From: Clostridium mobile
GTDB lineage: Bacteria > Bacillota > Clostridia > Clostridiales > Clostridiaceae
Reading direction: 5' to 3'
Assembly (NCBI RefSeq): GCF_018918285.1
Contig: NZ_JAHLQF010000001.1
Span: 673,284 to 697,283, forward strand
Length of the DNA stretch: 24,000 nt
The notes below the pieces were generated by a model. That model did no database searches. It was given only the letters and a program-made list of their open reading frames with translations, and had not been told where the DNA came from. The position numbers and the translations under genes are program-made. Position 1 is the first letter of the stretch; each line of letters opens with the position of its first letter. Below are positions 16,514 through 24,000 of the stretch, piece after piece.

Positions 16514-17275
16514 TTAGTTATTCCACTTTTGCCAGTTTGAATCATGTTTTTTTAACGTTACATTATTAACTCTGAGCCTTCCATTTTCAAATACGTACTC
16601 CATGACAATGACAGCTATACTTACATCATTACCGACAACTATATTCATTTCAGCTATCAATTTGTTATCAATCACTTTATATTCCTGTACAGATCCAAAA
16701 CCAACTTCATTACCCCAATACGCAAGACTTGACTCCTTAGCCGTCATAGTATGATCATTACCTTTAATATTTATAGTAACAGTTACAATACCATCTTTCT
16801 TTGTCAATTTTCCTTTGATATTTTGGTATATGCCTTCACGTGGGTCCATTACATAAATGTCATAAAAAAAGCCCTCTTTATCAAACCTAAAGACATGGAC
16901 ATCTTGTAGTAATATTCCTGTACCATAACCTGATGTTGATATTACAATTAACTCTTTTTTTCCATCATTATTTATGTCACTTAGATTAAATGTAGGTTTC
17001 CGCACTGGGTTTGTATCTATTTGCCAACAAGAAAAGTACTTTTCATGATCTCTTACAGAAAGCACTATTTCTCTATATACGCCATCGTGTTCTTCTGCCC
17101 TCTTCCAGTCCATAGCATATAAATAAATATTCTCTTCTGTCCATGAAGATATTAGTTTGCCATCTTTTACATTCCAAAGAGCTTTGTCTAACGCTTTGTT
17201 TGTTGATGATATAGGTACACTATTTATAAAACTTGCTATTAATATCGGTAGTATGAAACATATTTTAAAAAACAT
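16514..17275 (-). CDS. Secreted hypothetical protein with an FG-GAP/VCBS-like DxNxDGxxE segment
   Basis: The track ORF runs to 17284 (GTG). I prefer ATG at 17275, 6 nt after GAGGTG. The N-terminal signal-like sequence is MFFKICFILPILIASFINS. DINNDGKKELIVIS resembles a calcium-binding FG-GAP-type turn. Confidence 0.6.
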   Translation of the reverse strand: MFFKICFILPILIASFINSVPISSTNKALDKALWNVKDGKLISSWTEENIYLYAMDWKRAEEHDGVYREIVLSVRDHEKYFSCWQIDTNPVRKPTFNLSDINNDGKKELIVISTSGYGTGILLQDVHVFRFDKEGFFYDIYVMDPREGIYQNIKGKLTKKDGIVTVTINIKGNDHTMTAKESSLAYWGNEVGFGSVQEYKVIDNKLIAEMNIVVGNDVSIAVIVMEYVFENGRLRVNNVTLKKHDSNWQKWNN

Positions 17276-17401
17276 GATAATCACCTCTACATAGTATGTA
17301 CATTTGATGATTTATTAATAATTCATCCTTTTCTTATGCTATATCGGCAAAGTAATAAATGACGGACTAAAAAATTTGAGCTAGTATTCATACTATCTCA
17401 A

Positions 17402-17830
17402 CTATTGAGGAATGTAACTTTTAATATGTTCAAATTTTTCAATTTTAACATTACCTCCTGCACTTACTATGAAAGTAATATTGTCAGTACCTACAGTGTT
17501 ATGCGCACCAATGTATGGATTTACTTGCAGTTTGATGATGAAAAGTTCTGTACGGTTACCATTAGGTCGTTCAACACTTAAAATATCAGTGCTCCAATTA
17601 TCAAAACTATATGATTTACCATAGTAATCCGTTATTGCCTTACTGATATATGGCTCAAGAAGCGTAAAAAAGATATCTTGATACAATTCTTCTCTTGAAC
17701 CTTCAGGTGGTCTGTAAGGATTGACCATAAACAATATTTTTTTATTATCCGACGCATATACAGTATTAAAAGAAAATATATTCATAACTATCATTATTGA
17801 AATAACTATAACAAATATAAACTTTTTCAA
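17402..17830 (-). CDS. Secreted DUF3888-like protein
   Basis: The track ORF runs to 17845. TTG at 17830 (KKFIFVIV...) follows a perfect GGAGGTGA RBS. It has a signal peptide ending in VYA. The pattern ...LEPYISKAITDYYG...W...IL.V.R......F.I.L.V.PY.GAHN..G.D.ITF matches my recollection of DUF3888. Confidence 0.6.
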   Translation of the reverse strand: MKKFIFVIVISIMIVMNIFSFNTVYASDNKKILFMVNPYRPPEGSREELYQDIFFTLLEPYISKAITDYYGKSYSFDNWSTDILSVERPNGNRTELFIIKLQVNPYIGAHNTVGTDNITFIVSAGGNVKIEKFEHIKSYIPQ

Positions 17831-17929
17831 GCTAATCACCTCCATAATTATTCCTATATTAGTTTATACTAATACAAGTTATTAATTAGTGGAAGGTAAA
17901 TGTGATAATGGTATAAAATATAAGTTTGT

Positions 17930-18245
17930 ATTGTATGTTGAGAAGTAATCTTCTTATATTGCATAGCAATATATAGTTGAACCTTAACATAAGATGCAAC
18001 CAATTTTTCTCTCAAATATTTATCTCTTAAATTCTATTGTGTAAAACTTAAAAATGCTATGTAATGCGCCATATGTATTTGAGCAAGATTTAGAAATTCT
18101 TAATTTATTTTAGAAAAATACCATTAATATGCTGTACATGTCTGACCGAAGGGAGTTTGTCAGCATTAGGGAGTTTTATAAATAGAATAATTATAACAAA
18201 GATATTCATTATATAATAAAAAAACAGTTAATATATTATAGTAAG
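17930..18245. repeat. Intergenic mosaic, module order G-E(left half plus core)-C
   Basis: G is ...GTTGAACCTTAACATAAGATGCAACCAATTTTTCTCTCAAATATTTATCTCTTAAATTCTATT. E spans 18039-18185 and includes the ATGCTG...CTGACCGAAGGGAG...CAGCAT core. C spans 18196-18245. Confidence 0.85.
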
Positions 18246-18285
18246 TTTGTGTGTAATAAAGATTTATTTTAAACGAGGTGATGAG

Positions 18286-18816
18286 ATGAAATCACTACCA
18301 AATTTTATATCCTTTAGTAGAATAATTTTTTCTTTGATTTTAATTTATACTAAGCCATCGAGCTCAGCCTTTTATGTAATATATATTATTTGTGGATTTA
18401 GTGACATTATAGATGGATTTATTGCCAGGAAGACAGGCACAACAAGCACTCTTGGTGCAAAGCTTGATTCCATAGCTGACATGATAATGGCAGGTGTATT
18501 GTTGCTTTTGATTTACCCAATTTTAAATCCTACAACTAAAGTTGTTATTTGGATTGTTTTAATTGGTATGATTAGATTATCATCCATGTTTGTAGCCATG
18601 AAAAAATATAAAACTTTTGCAAGTATTCATACTTACGGAAATAAAATTGCTGGTATAATTTTGTTCCTGTTCCCTATACTGATTCCCTATGTTAATACAA
18701 CTATATTAATGTATATAACTTGTATTGTGGCAAGTATATCGGCAATTGAAGAACTGATTATTCAACTCACATCAAACAAACTGGAATTAAATAAACAAAG
18801 TATATTCATAAAATGA
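18286..18816 (+). CDS. CDP-alcohol phosphatidyltransferase-family membrane protein
   Basis: The track ORF starts at 18247. I prefer ATG at 18286 (MKSLPNFISF), after GAGGTGATGAG. The signature D-x2-DG-x2-AR-x8-G-x3-D-x3-D is present as DIIDGFIARKTGTTSTLGAKLDSIAD. The protein is multi-pass and hydrophobic. Confidence 0.85.
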   Translation: MKSLPNFISFSRIIFSLILIYTKPSSSAFYVIYIICGFSDIIDGFIARKTGTTSTLGAKLDSIADMIMAGVLLLLIYPILNPTTKVVIWIVLIGMIRLSSMFVAMKKYKTFASIHTYGNKIAGIILFLFPILIPYVNTTILMYITCIVASISAIEELIIQLTSNKLELNKQSIFIK

Positions 18817-18820
18817 GGGA

Positions 18821-19118
18821 AATTTTTTAATAGAAACTATAGCGGACGCTGAAGTAAGAGGTTGAACCTTAACATGAGATCCAATCAATTTTTTTCTCAA
18901 ATATTTATCTTTTAAATTTTATTGTGAAAAACTTAAAAATGCTATGTAATGGGGCTTATGCATTTGAGCAAGATCTAGAGACTTTTAAAGATAGTTAGAT
19001 TAATAGATAAATAGATAAATATCTAACTAAAATTATTTTCTTATTTATAAAATTCTACAAAATGATTATAGCAAAGATGTTTATTATATAATAAAATAAC
19101 AGTTAATACACTATAGTT
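18821..19118. repeat. Intergenic mosaic, module order G-E(left)-F(partial)-A-C
   Basis: G spans 18821-18923, E 18924-18986, F 18987-19028, A 19029-19069 and C 19071-19118. All are co-oriented with the other copies. Confidence 0.85.
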
Positions 19119-19223
19119 ATATATTACGAATTATCAACATGTTATACATAGAAAATAGTATAGAAGGAAGGTGTACTTTAGTGAGAGTTTGGTACTTATT
19201 ATACACTCTCTTACTAAAGATAA

Positions 19224-19676
19224 ATGATGAATATCGAAATTAGAGAGATTACATCTGAAAACTTAAAAGAAGTTTTATCTCTACATGTAAGTGAAACCCA
19301 AAAATCATATGTGGAATCTACAAAACAATGTTTAAAAGATGCTACAGAATGTAATTGTTATCGACCTACAGGTCTTTATCAGGATGGGATTATGGTTGGA
19401 TTTGCAATGTATGGATTTTTTCCTGATGAGGATGGAAATGGTCGGGTGTGGTTGGACAGATATTTAATTGATGAGCGTTTTCAAGGAAAAGGACTTGGAA
19501 GTATTATGTTAGAGGAATTAATTACACACCTTATTAAAATATATAATTGTAATAAAATTTATTTAAGTCTTTATGAAGACAATCAGCGAGCTCTCCATTT
19601 ATATCAAAAATTCGGCTTTCACTTTAATGGAGAGTTAGACATTAATGGAGAAAAAGTAATGGTAAATGTATTATAA
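19224..19676 (+). CDS. GNAT-family N-acetyltransferase
   Basis: 150-aa ORF with the acetyl-CoA binding motif RFQGKGLGSIML (Q/R-x-x-G-x-G/A) and the typical C-terminal ...A..LY.K.GF segment. No obvious SD lies directly upstream. Confidence 0.85.
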   Translation: MMNIEIREITSENLKEVLSLHVSETQKSYVESTKQCLKDATECNCYRPTGLYQDGIMVGFAMYGFFPDEDGNGRVWLDRYLIDERFQGKGLGSIMLEELITHLIKIYNCNKIYLSLYEDNQRALHLYQKFGFHFNGELDINGEKVMVNVL

Positions 19677-20142
19677 ATACTACTTTTGTGTGTCAATAAT
19701 TATTTAATTAGATTTCACACATTTTTATATTACTCTATCAATTATATATATAACAGAGTAAAATTTTTTAATAGAAGCTATAGTGTATGTTGAAGTAAGA
19801 GCTTGAACCTTAAGATAAGATGTGCTTAAAGATGTTTAGATAATCAAATCAATAGATGGTATTTAAGTTCTATTATGTTTTACAGATCTTTTCCCGAGTA
19901 ATAGTAAACACTTATTCATAGTGCAAAACTTAAAAATGCTATGTAGTGCGCTCTATACATTTGAGCAAAATCTAGAAACTTCTAAAGATAGTTAGATTAA
20001 TAGATAAATAGATACGGTGGAAATCCTTTAATAGGGTTTCTCTATTATCTAAAAATCTAAAAAAACTAAACATCTAAGTATCTGATAAAAATTCTTTTCA
20101 TATTTATAAATTTCTACAAATATAATTAATTTTCCAAATCAT

Positions 20143-20206
20143 AGAACTAAGCACGTATTGAAGCCGCTCCAATAAAAGGTCGCTTTTTAAATACATACTT
20201 ATCTCT
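20143..20206. repeat. Hairpin module B, copy 4 (most degenerate)
   Basis: The arms AGAACTAAGCACGTATTGAA (20143-20162) and TTAAATACATACTTATCTCT (20187-20206) pair at 15 of 20 positions. Confidence 0.8.
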
Positions 20207-20297
20207 TTTATAGTTTACAAAGATACTTTCTAAATTAAATTATATAAGATTAGTTTACAATTATAAATTCTCACAAACATATTTATATATCAGAAAG

Positions 20298-20363
20298 AGG
20301 ACCTAAGTACATAATGATGTCACTTCTGAAAAAGGCGTTCCTCCCACTATATACTTAGTTCCT
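20298..20363. repeat. Hairpin module D, copy 2
   Basis: AGGACCTAAGTACATA (20298-20313) pairs with TATATACTTAGTTCCT (20348-20363) at 14 of 16 positions. Relative to copy 1, both arms changed together (GAGG/CCTC became AAG/CTT). Confidence 0.8.
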
Positions 20364-20694
20364 TTATGTTTTACAAATGTATTCAATAGGCTAATAGATA
20401 ATAAATTTGATGGAAATCCATTTAAAGAAATTACTTTACTATCCAACAGGTTAATAATTCTCACAATCGTTTGAAAGGATGTATGGAGCAAATTATTATT
20501 TTGAGTCAGATAATTTTTCGCCAGTAAGTATTTCAAATAGCTTTGCTGACTTATTCTTGTCTAATTGAACATATTTACTTTCACTGTCTATTACGAGTTC
20601 CACTTTGTCATTGTTTGGACTAATCCATAGGTCATATATTTATAAAGCAACAAACTTTAAGAAAGCAGCGAAAAATTATATCATGATGAATATC

Positions 20695-21867
20695 TTATGA
20701 ATTTATCAACATTTCATTTTTACTTAGCACTTTATATATGGAACCTATGATTCCTGCCCTGTTTCCTAAATTTCCGAACTTAACTTTAGGTAGAAAAGGA
20801 ACTAAATTTTTTAAGGTTTCTTCTATGGTTTTTATTCCTTCTTTTCCGATATTTAAAGCTTCTCCACCTAATATAACAACCTCTGGGTTTATTACAGATA
20901 TTAGATTTGCAATAGCATAACTCCAATGAAGGTAGATTTCATTAAGTAGGTTTTTATATGATTCATCCTCACTACTTTTTTCTACAATGTATTTTATTAT
21001 GCTATATTCTCCTTTAAGTAAATCTCCTTTATCTTTAATAAAATCCCTTAATGCTGTGGAAGAGTAATTGCATTCAAAGACACCTTGCTCATGATTATCC
21101 CTTTTTTTGAAATTTCCAACTACCATGTACCCTATTTCTCCAGCAGCTTGATCTGCTCCTCTATAGAGTTCTCCATTTATCATAAGCCCTGCCCCTATAC
21201 CGTTTCCAAAGTATATATAAGCCATATTAGTATCTTTTCTTTTATTATCACAGCTATTATAATACTCTCCAAGGCACATTAAATTAACGTCATTATCTAT
21301 AAATATGGGTACATCGATCCAGCTTTCAATTTTGTTTTTAAGAAGTATTCCTTTATATTTTATTTCTGGAGCAAACATTATCTCTTCATGCCCATCTTTG
21401 ATTATACCTGGAATTCCTATGGATATTCCCATTAGGTTATCCTTGTCTAAATTATTGTCTTCTAAGAGTTTAGAAACAGCAGCTCTAAAATCCTTGGCTA
21501 CTGCCTCCTCCTCTCTAGAATCCTCTACAGGAATAAACTCTGTGGACATAATCTCACCTAAAAGATTTCCTAAAGCTAAATCAATTCCTATATTTGTAAA
21601 CATAGCTCCAATGATTACATATTTCCTAGAATTAAACTTAAGTCTCATAGGTCTTCTCCCAACTTGAGTCTTTTCTCTTCCTTCTTCGAAAACCCATCCT
21701 TCATTAATAAGTTCATTTATAAGTGAACTTATACTAGGCTTAGACAATTTAGTAATCTTCGATATATCTGCTCTAGAAAGCCCCTCATTACTTTTTAATA
21801 TATCCAATATAATATTTTTATTAATTTTTTTCATTAATTTCATGTTACCTAATTCTTTTTTTGTCAT
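20695..21867 (-). CDS. ROK-family transcriptional regulator (NagC/XylR-like)
   Basis: 390-aa ORF with an N-terminal winged HTH (ILDILKSNEGLSRADISKITKLSKPSISSLINELINEGWV) and a ROK sugar-kinase-like body (GIPGI...DNDVN...GNGIGAG). Its start overlaps the upstream stop (ATGA). Confidence 0.88.
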   Translation of the reverse strand: MTKKELGNMKLMKKINKNIILDILKSNEGLSRADISKITKLSKPSISSLINELINEGWVFEEGREKTQVGRRPMRLKFNSRKYVIIGAMFTNIGIDLALGNLLGEIMSTEFIPVEDSREEEAVAKDFRAAVSKLLEDNNLDKDNLMGISIGIPGIIKDGHEEIMFAPEIKYKGILLKNKIESWIDVPIFIDNDVNLMCLGEYYNSCDNKRKDTNMAYIYFGNGIGAGLMINGELYRGADQAAGEIGYMVVGNFKKRDNHEQGVFECNYSSTALRDFIKDKGDLLKGEYSIIKYIVEKSSEDESYKNLLNEIYLHWSYAIANLISVINPEVVILGGEALNIGKEGIKTIEETLKNLVPFLPKVKFGNLGNRAGIIGSIYKVLSKNEMLINS

Positions 21868-22874
21868 AAAATCACCACTTGCTCTTTTACTTTCTGCATA
21901 TTTAATGGAGTTAGTAAATTCGAATGTTTTAATCCTAAAATTATTGCTCCAAAAATCGGCTTAACATCTATATGAACTATATTACATTCATTATAGTTTT
22001 CCATAACTTTTTTAACAAGGATATCTTTTAATAATGCGCTATTCTCTAATACCCCTCCAAGCAATGCTAGAGTGAAATCTTCTTTTAAATGTAATTTATT
22101 CACTACTACATTTAAATGACTTAACAACTCCTCTGCAGCCATATCTAGTATTTTAAGAGCTACTTTATCCCCATAAGAAGCAGATTTGAAAACATCTTTG
22201 GTTAATGCTGCTACTTTTTTTATAGAATAGTTCTCGCTATATACCCACCCCATTAATTCCTCTACATTTTCTAACTTTAAGCTATTCAGTACACTTTCCT
22301 TTAATAGGGTATTTTCTTTTCTCCCATCTTCACTGTGAAAAATAAATTTTATTGCCTGACTTCCTATCCAAAAGCCGCTTCCCTCATCTCCTAGTATATA
22401 TCCCCATCCACCAGCTCTATAGTATTGATTTTTATTATTTTTACCATAACATATAGAACCAGTACCAGATATTATTAAAACCCCTTCTCTTTCTTCTAGA
22501 GCACCATTTAAAGTTATATAAGCATCATTTTCTAGTGCATATTTATCTACAGTTATATTTAATTCATCAAATATAGTTTTAAATATTCTCTCCATTACTT
22601 TTTTATCTTTTCCTGTATCGTTACCAGCAATTCCTGCTATGACACACTCTATTTTACTTATGTCATAAGAATGTTTCTTTTGATACGTCTCTATAGCATT
22701 GAAAATAGAATTTTTTATGCTTTCTTTTGATTTTTCTTCGCCGATACTTTGATAATTGCAGGAACCACTTTCCCCTACTCCAACTATATTACTTTCATAA
22801 TCTAATAAAACTGATAAGCACTTCGTGCCTCCACCATCTATAGAAAGAACGGGTAAACTCACTTTATCTTTCAT
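21864..22874 (-). CDS. BadF/BadG/BcrA/BcrD-type ATPase (N-acetylglucosamine-kinase-like sugar kinase)
   Basis: 336-aa ORF with LSIDGGGTKC (phosphate-1), ISGTGS and GGWGYILGDEGSGFWIG, typical of this ASKHA subfamily. It overlaps the upstream gene by 11 nt. Confidence 0.8.
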   Translation of the reverse strand: MKDKVSLPVLSIDGGGTKCLSVLLDYESNIVGVGESGSCNYQSIGEEKSKESIKNSIFNAIETYQKKHSYDISKIECVIAGIAGNDTGKDKKVMERIFKTIFDELNITVDKYALENDAYITLNGALEEREGVLIISGTGSICYGKNNKNQYYRAGGWGYILGDEGSGFWIGSQAIKFIFHSEDGRKENTLLKESVLNSLKLENVEELMGWVYSENYSIKKVAALTKDVFKSASYGDKVALKILDMAAEELLSHLNVVVNKLHLKEDFTLALLGGVLENSALLKDILVKKVMENYNECNIVHIDVKPIFGAIILGLKHSNLLTPLNMQKVKEQVVIL

Positions 22875-24000
22875 ACTCCCTCACCATTTCTTTTGATAAA
22901 TTCTCTATACTATTGATGCTATTTGATATATAGGCAAACTTTTCATCATGCCAGTTTATATTGCTTACATTTGCCTTTCTTCCCTTGGAAATCATATCTT
23001 TCATGGATTTTGGAGCTGGTCCACCTTCTACGCTTCTTATGTTTACAAAATTATATGGATCTAATGCTTTCTTGATTATTTCTTCATGAAATTTTATTTT
23101 TCTCCCACACTTTTCTTCATATAGGGTTTCTAACATTTTTCTATCTATATCCTTTGGTAAAAGTCCTTCTTTCATACATTTATCCACTGATGCACTTACA
23201 ATACTATGAGCTAATCTAAAAGGTATTTTGTATTCTCTTAACAAAGTATCTGCAAGCTCTGTTACCATAGCAAAACTTTTCTCTGCTCTATCTTTTAATA
23301 CTTCTTTGTTGATTTCTAAAGTTGCCATTATGCTATATAATAAATTATATATATCCTTCATGGTGTCCATAGCCTTCCAAATATAAGGTTGAGCATCATC
23401 CTCTGTATCTACAATATCTCCATAAGGAGTATTATGAAGCATAGTTAATATAGTAGAGCAATTTCCTATAACCGATGAAAGTAACGCTCTAATGTGCTCA
23501 ATAGATACAGGATTTCTTTTTTGTGGCATTATGGAGCTTATTTGAACATATCCTTTTGACACTTTTAAAATATTAAATTCTTGAGTAGCCCACAATAGTA
23601 AATCAGATACAAACCTTCCTAAATTAATTGCAGCTAATTGTATTGAAGTAGCCACCTCTCCTAAGTAATCTCCTCCTCCTATACAGTCATAGGAATTTTC
23701 AATTACATCATTGAACCCTAAAAGCTCCCTCATTCTGTCTCTATTTACATTAAACCCACTGGTGGTGATGGCCGCAGCACCTAAAGTACTTCTATTACAT
23801 GTATTAAAGGCACTTTTTAACCTTATTATATCTCTATTGAGAACCCATTGAAATCCAATGGTATAATGGCCTAAATAAGTTGGCTGAGCCTGTTGAGTAT
23901 GGGTATGAGCTATCATTATGGTTTCTTTATGCTCTTCTGAAAACTCTATAATCACCTTTTGAAGCTCACAGGCAGATTTATAAAGAGATAATAATCTGTC
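22864..24000 (-). CDS. Argininosuccinate-lyase/fumarase-superfamily lyase (N-terminus lies beyond the window end)
   Basis: The track starts at GTG 23955, but the frame stays open to 24000 (DRLLSLYKSACELQKVIIEF...). Conserved segments are HTHTQQAQPT (the ASL TH.Q.AQP motif) and SSIMPQKRNP (the superfamily signature loop). Confidence 0.85.
   Translation of the reverse strand, partial: DRLLSLYKSACELQKVIIEFSEEHKETIMIAHTHTQQAQPTYLGHYTIGFQWVLNRDIIRLKSAFNTCNRSTLGAAAITTSGFNVNRDRMRELLGFNDVIENSYDCIGGGDYLGEVATSIQLAAINLGRFVSDLLLWATQEFNILKVSKGYVQISSIMPQKRNPVSIEHIRALLSSVIGNCSTILTMLHNTPYGDIVDTEDDAQPYIWKAMDTMKDIYNLLYSIMATLEINKEVLKDRAEKSFAMVTELADTLLREYKIPFRLAHSIVSASVDKCMKEGLLPKDIDRKMLETLYEEKCGRKIKFHEEIIKKALDPYNFVNIRSVEGGPAPKSMKDMISKGRKANVSNINWHDEKFAYISNSINSIENLSKEMVREYER

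Larger units (their letters stand above)
19761..20450. repeat. Intergenic mosaic, module order G-E(left)-F-A-B-A-D-F
   Basis: G spans 19761-19826, E 19921-19985, F 19986-20062 and A 20087-20126. B spans 20143-20206, a second A 20253-20278, D 20298-20363 and an F-like segment 20396-20450. Confidence 0.85.

Noticed and set aside
9975-20450. Possibility that the recurring repeats form a CRISPR array
   Set aside because: The repeats are heterogeneous modules of 40-200 bp. They are separated by whole genes at irregular spacings of 0.1-3 kb. There is no short uniform repeat-spacer periodicity, and no cas genes are present.
9975-20450. Possibility of a classical integron or CALIN cassette array
   Set aside because: There is no intI-like tyrosine recombinase in the window. 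Cassette genes point both ways. I could not find the canonical attC R''/R' boxes (RYYYAAC ... GTTRRRY) at the hairpin bases. Only the orientation-locked, bottom-strand-biased hairpins are reminiscent of attC sites.
20303-20536. Track ORF 20303..20536 (-), 77 aa
   Set aside because: Its 3' part is made of repeat modules D and F, whose other copies do not keep this frame. It has no RBS and I recognise no family. It is probably spurious.
20496-20639. Minus-strand coding-like stretch IYDLWISPNNDKVELVIDSESKYVQLDKNKSAKLFEILTGEKLSDSK with a stop codon immediately upstream
   Set aside because: It has no in-frame ATG, GTG or TTG start and no RBS. It may be a C-terminal gene remnant, but I cannot support it as a feature. 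A similar fragment-like frame lies at about 13127-13225 on the plus strand.
20738-21667. Plus-strand track ORFs 20738..20920, 21085..21282 and 21305..21667
   Set aside because: They are antisense shadows inside the ROK regulator gene.

Overview
This is an AT-rich, Clostridium-like chromosomal window; I cannot name the species from sequence alone. Positions 1-9.8 kb hold ordinary core genes: a two-component system (the kinase runs off the left edge), a CadA-type Cd/Zn P1B-ATPase with a sigma-A promoter and an ArsR/SmtB-type operator, pepF, hisS, two small hypothetical genes and a DUF218/YdcF gene. Positions 20.7-24 kb hold a minus-strand operon with overlapping genes: a partial argininosuccinate-lyase-family enzyme, a BadF/BadG-type sugar kinase and a ROK regulator. 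The middle (about 9.84-20.69 kb) is an accessory island of 10 unrelated genes on both strands: LysR, nitroreductase, iron-sulfur-flavoprotein-like, YjdF/DUF2992 with a candidate yjdF riboswitch, DUF169, an Rpn/YhgA-type PD-(D/E)XK nuclease, two secreted proteins, a CDP-alcohol phosphatidyltransferase and a GNAT. The most unusual signal is in the island's intergenic gaps. Seven of them are filled by shuffled combinations of at least seven recurring sequence modules, which I label A-G. Every copy has the same orientation whatever the direction of the neighbouring genes. Two modules are long hairpins with compensatory substitutions, and all their transition mismatches become G:U only on the bottom strand. 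A ~250-bp composite of these modules occurs as a direct repeat at both ends of the island. A visibly G+C-richer 3-gene block sits inside it. No integrase, classical transposase, CRISPR array, tRNA or rRNA is visible.
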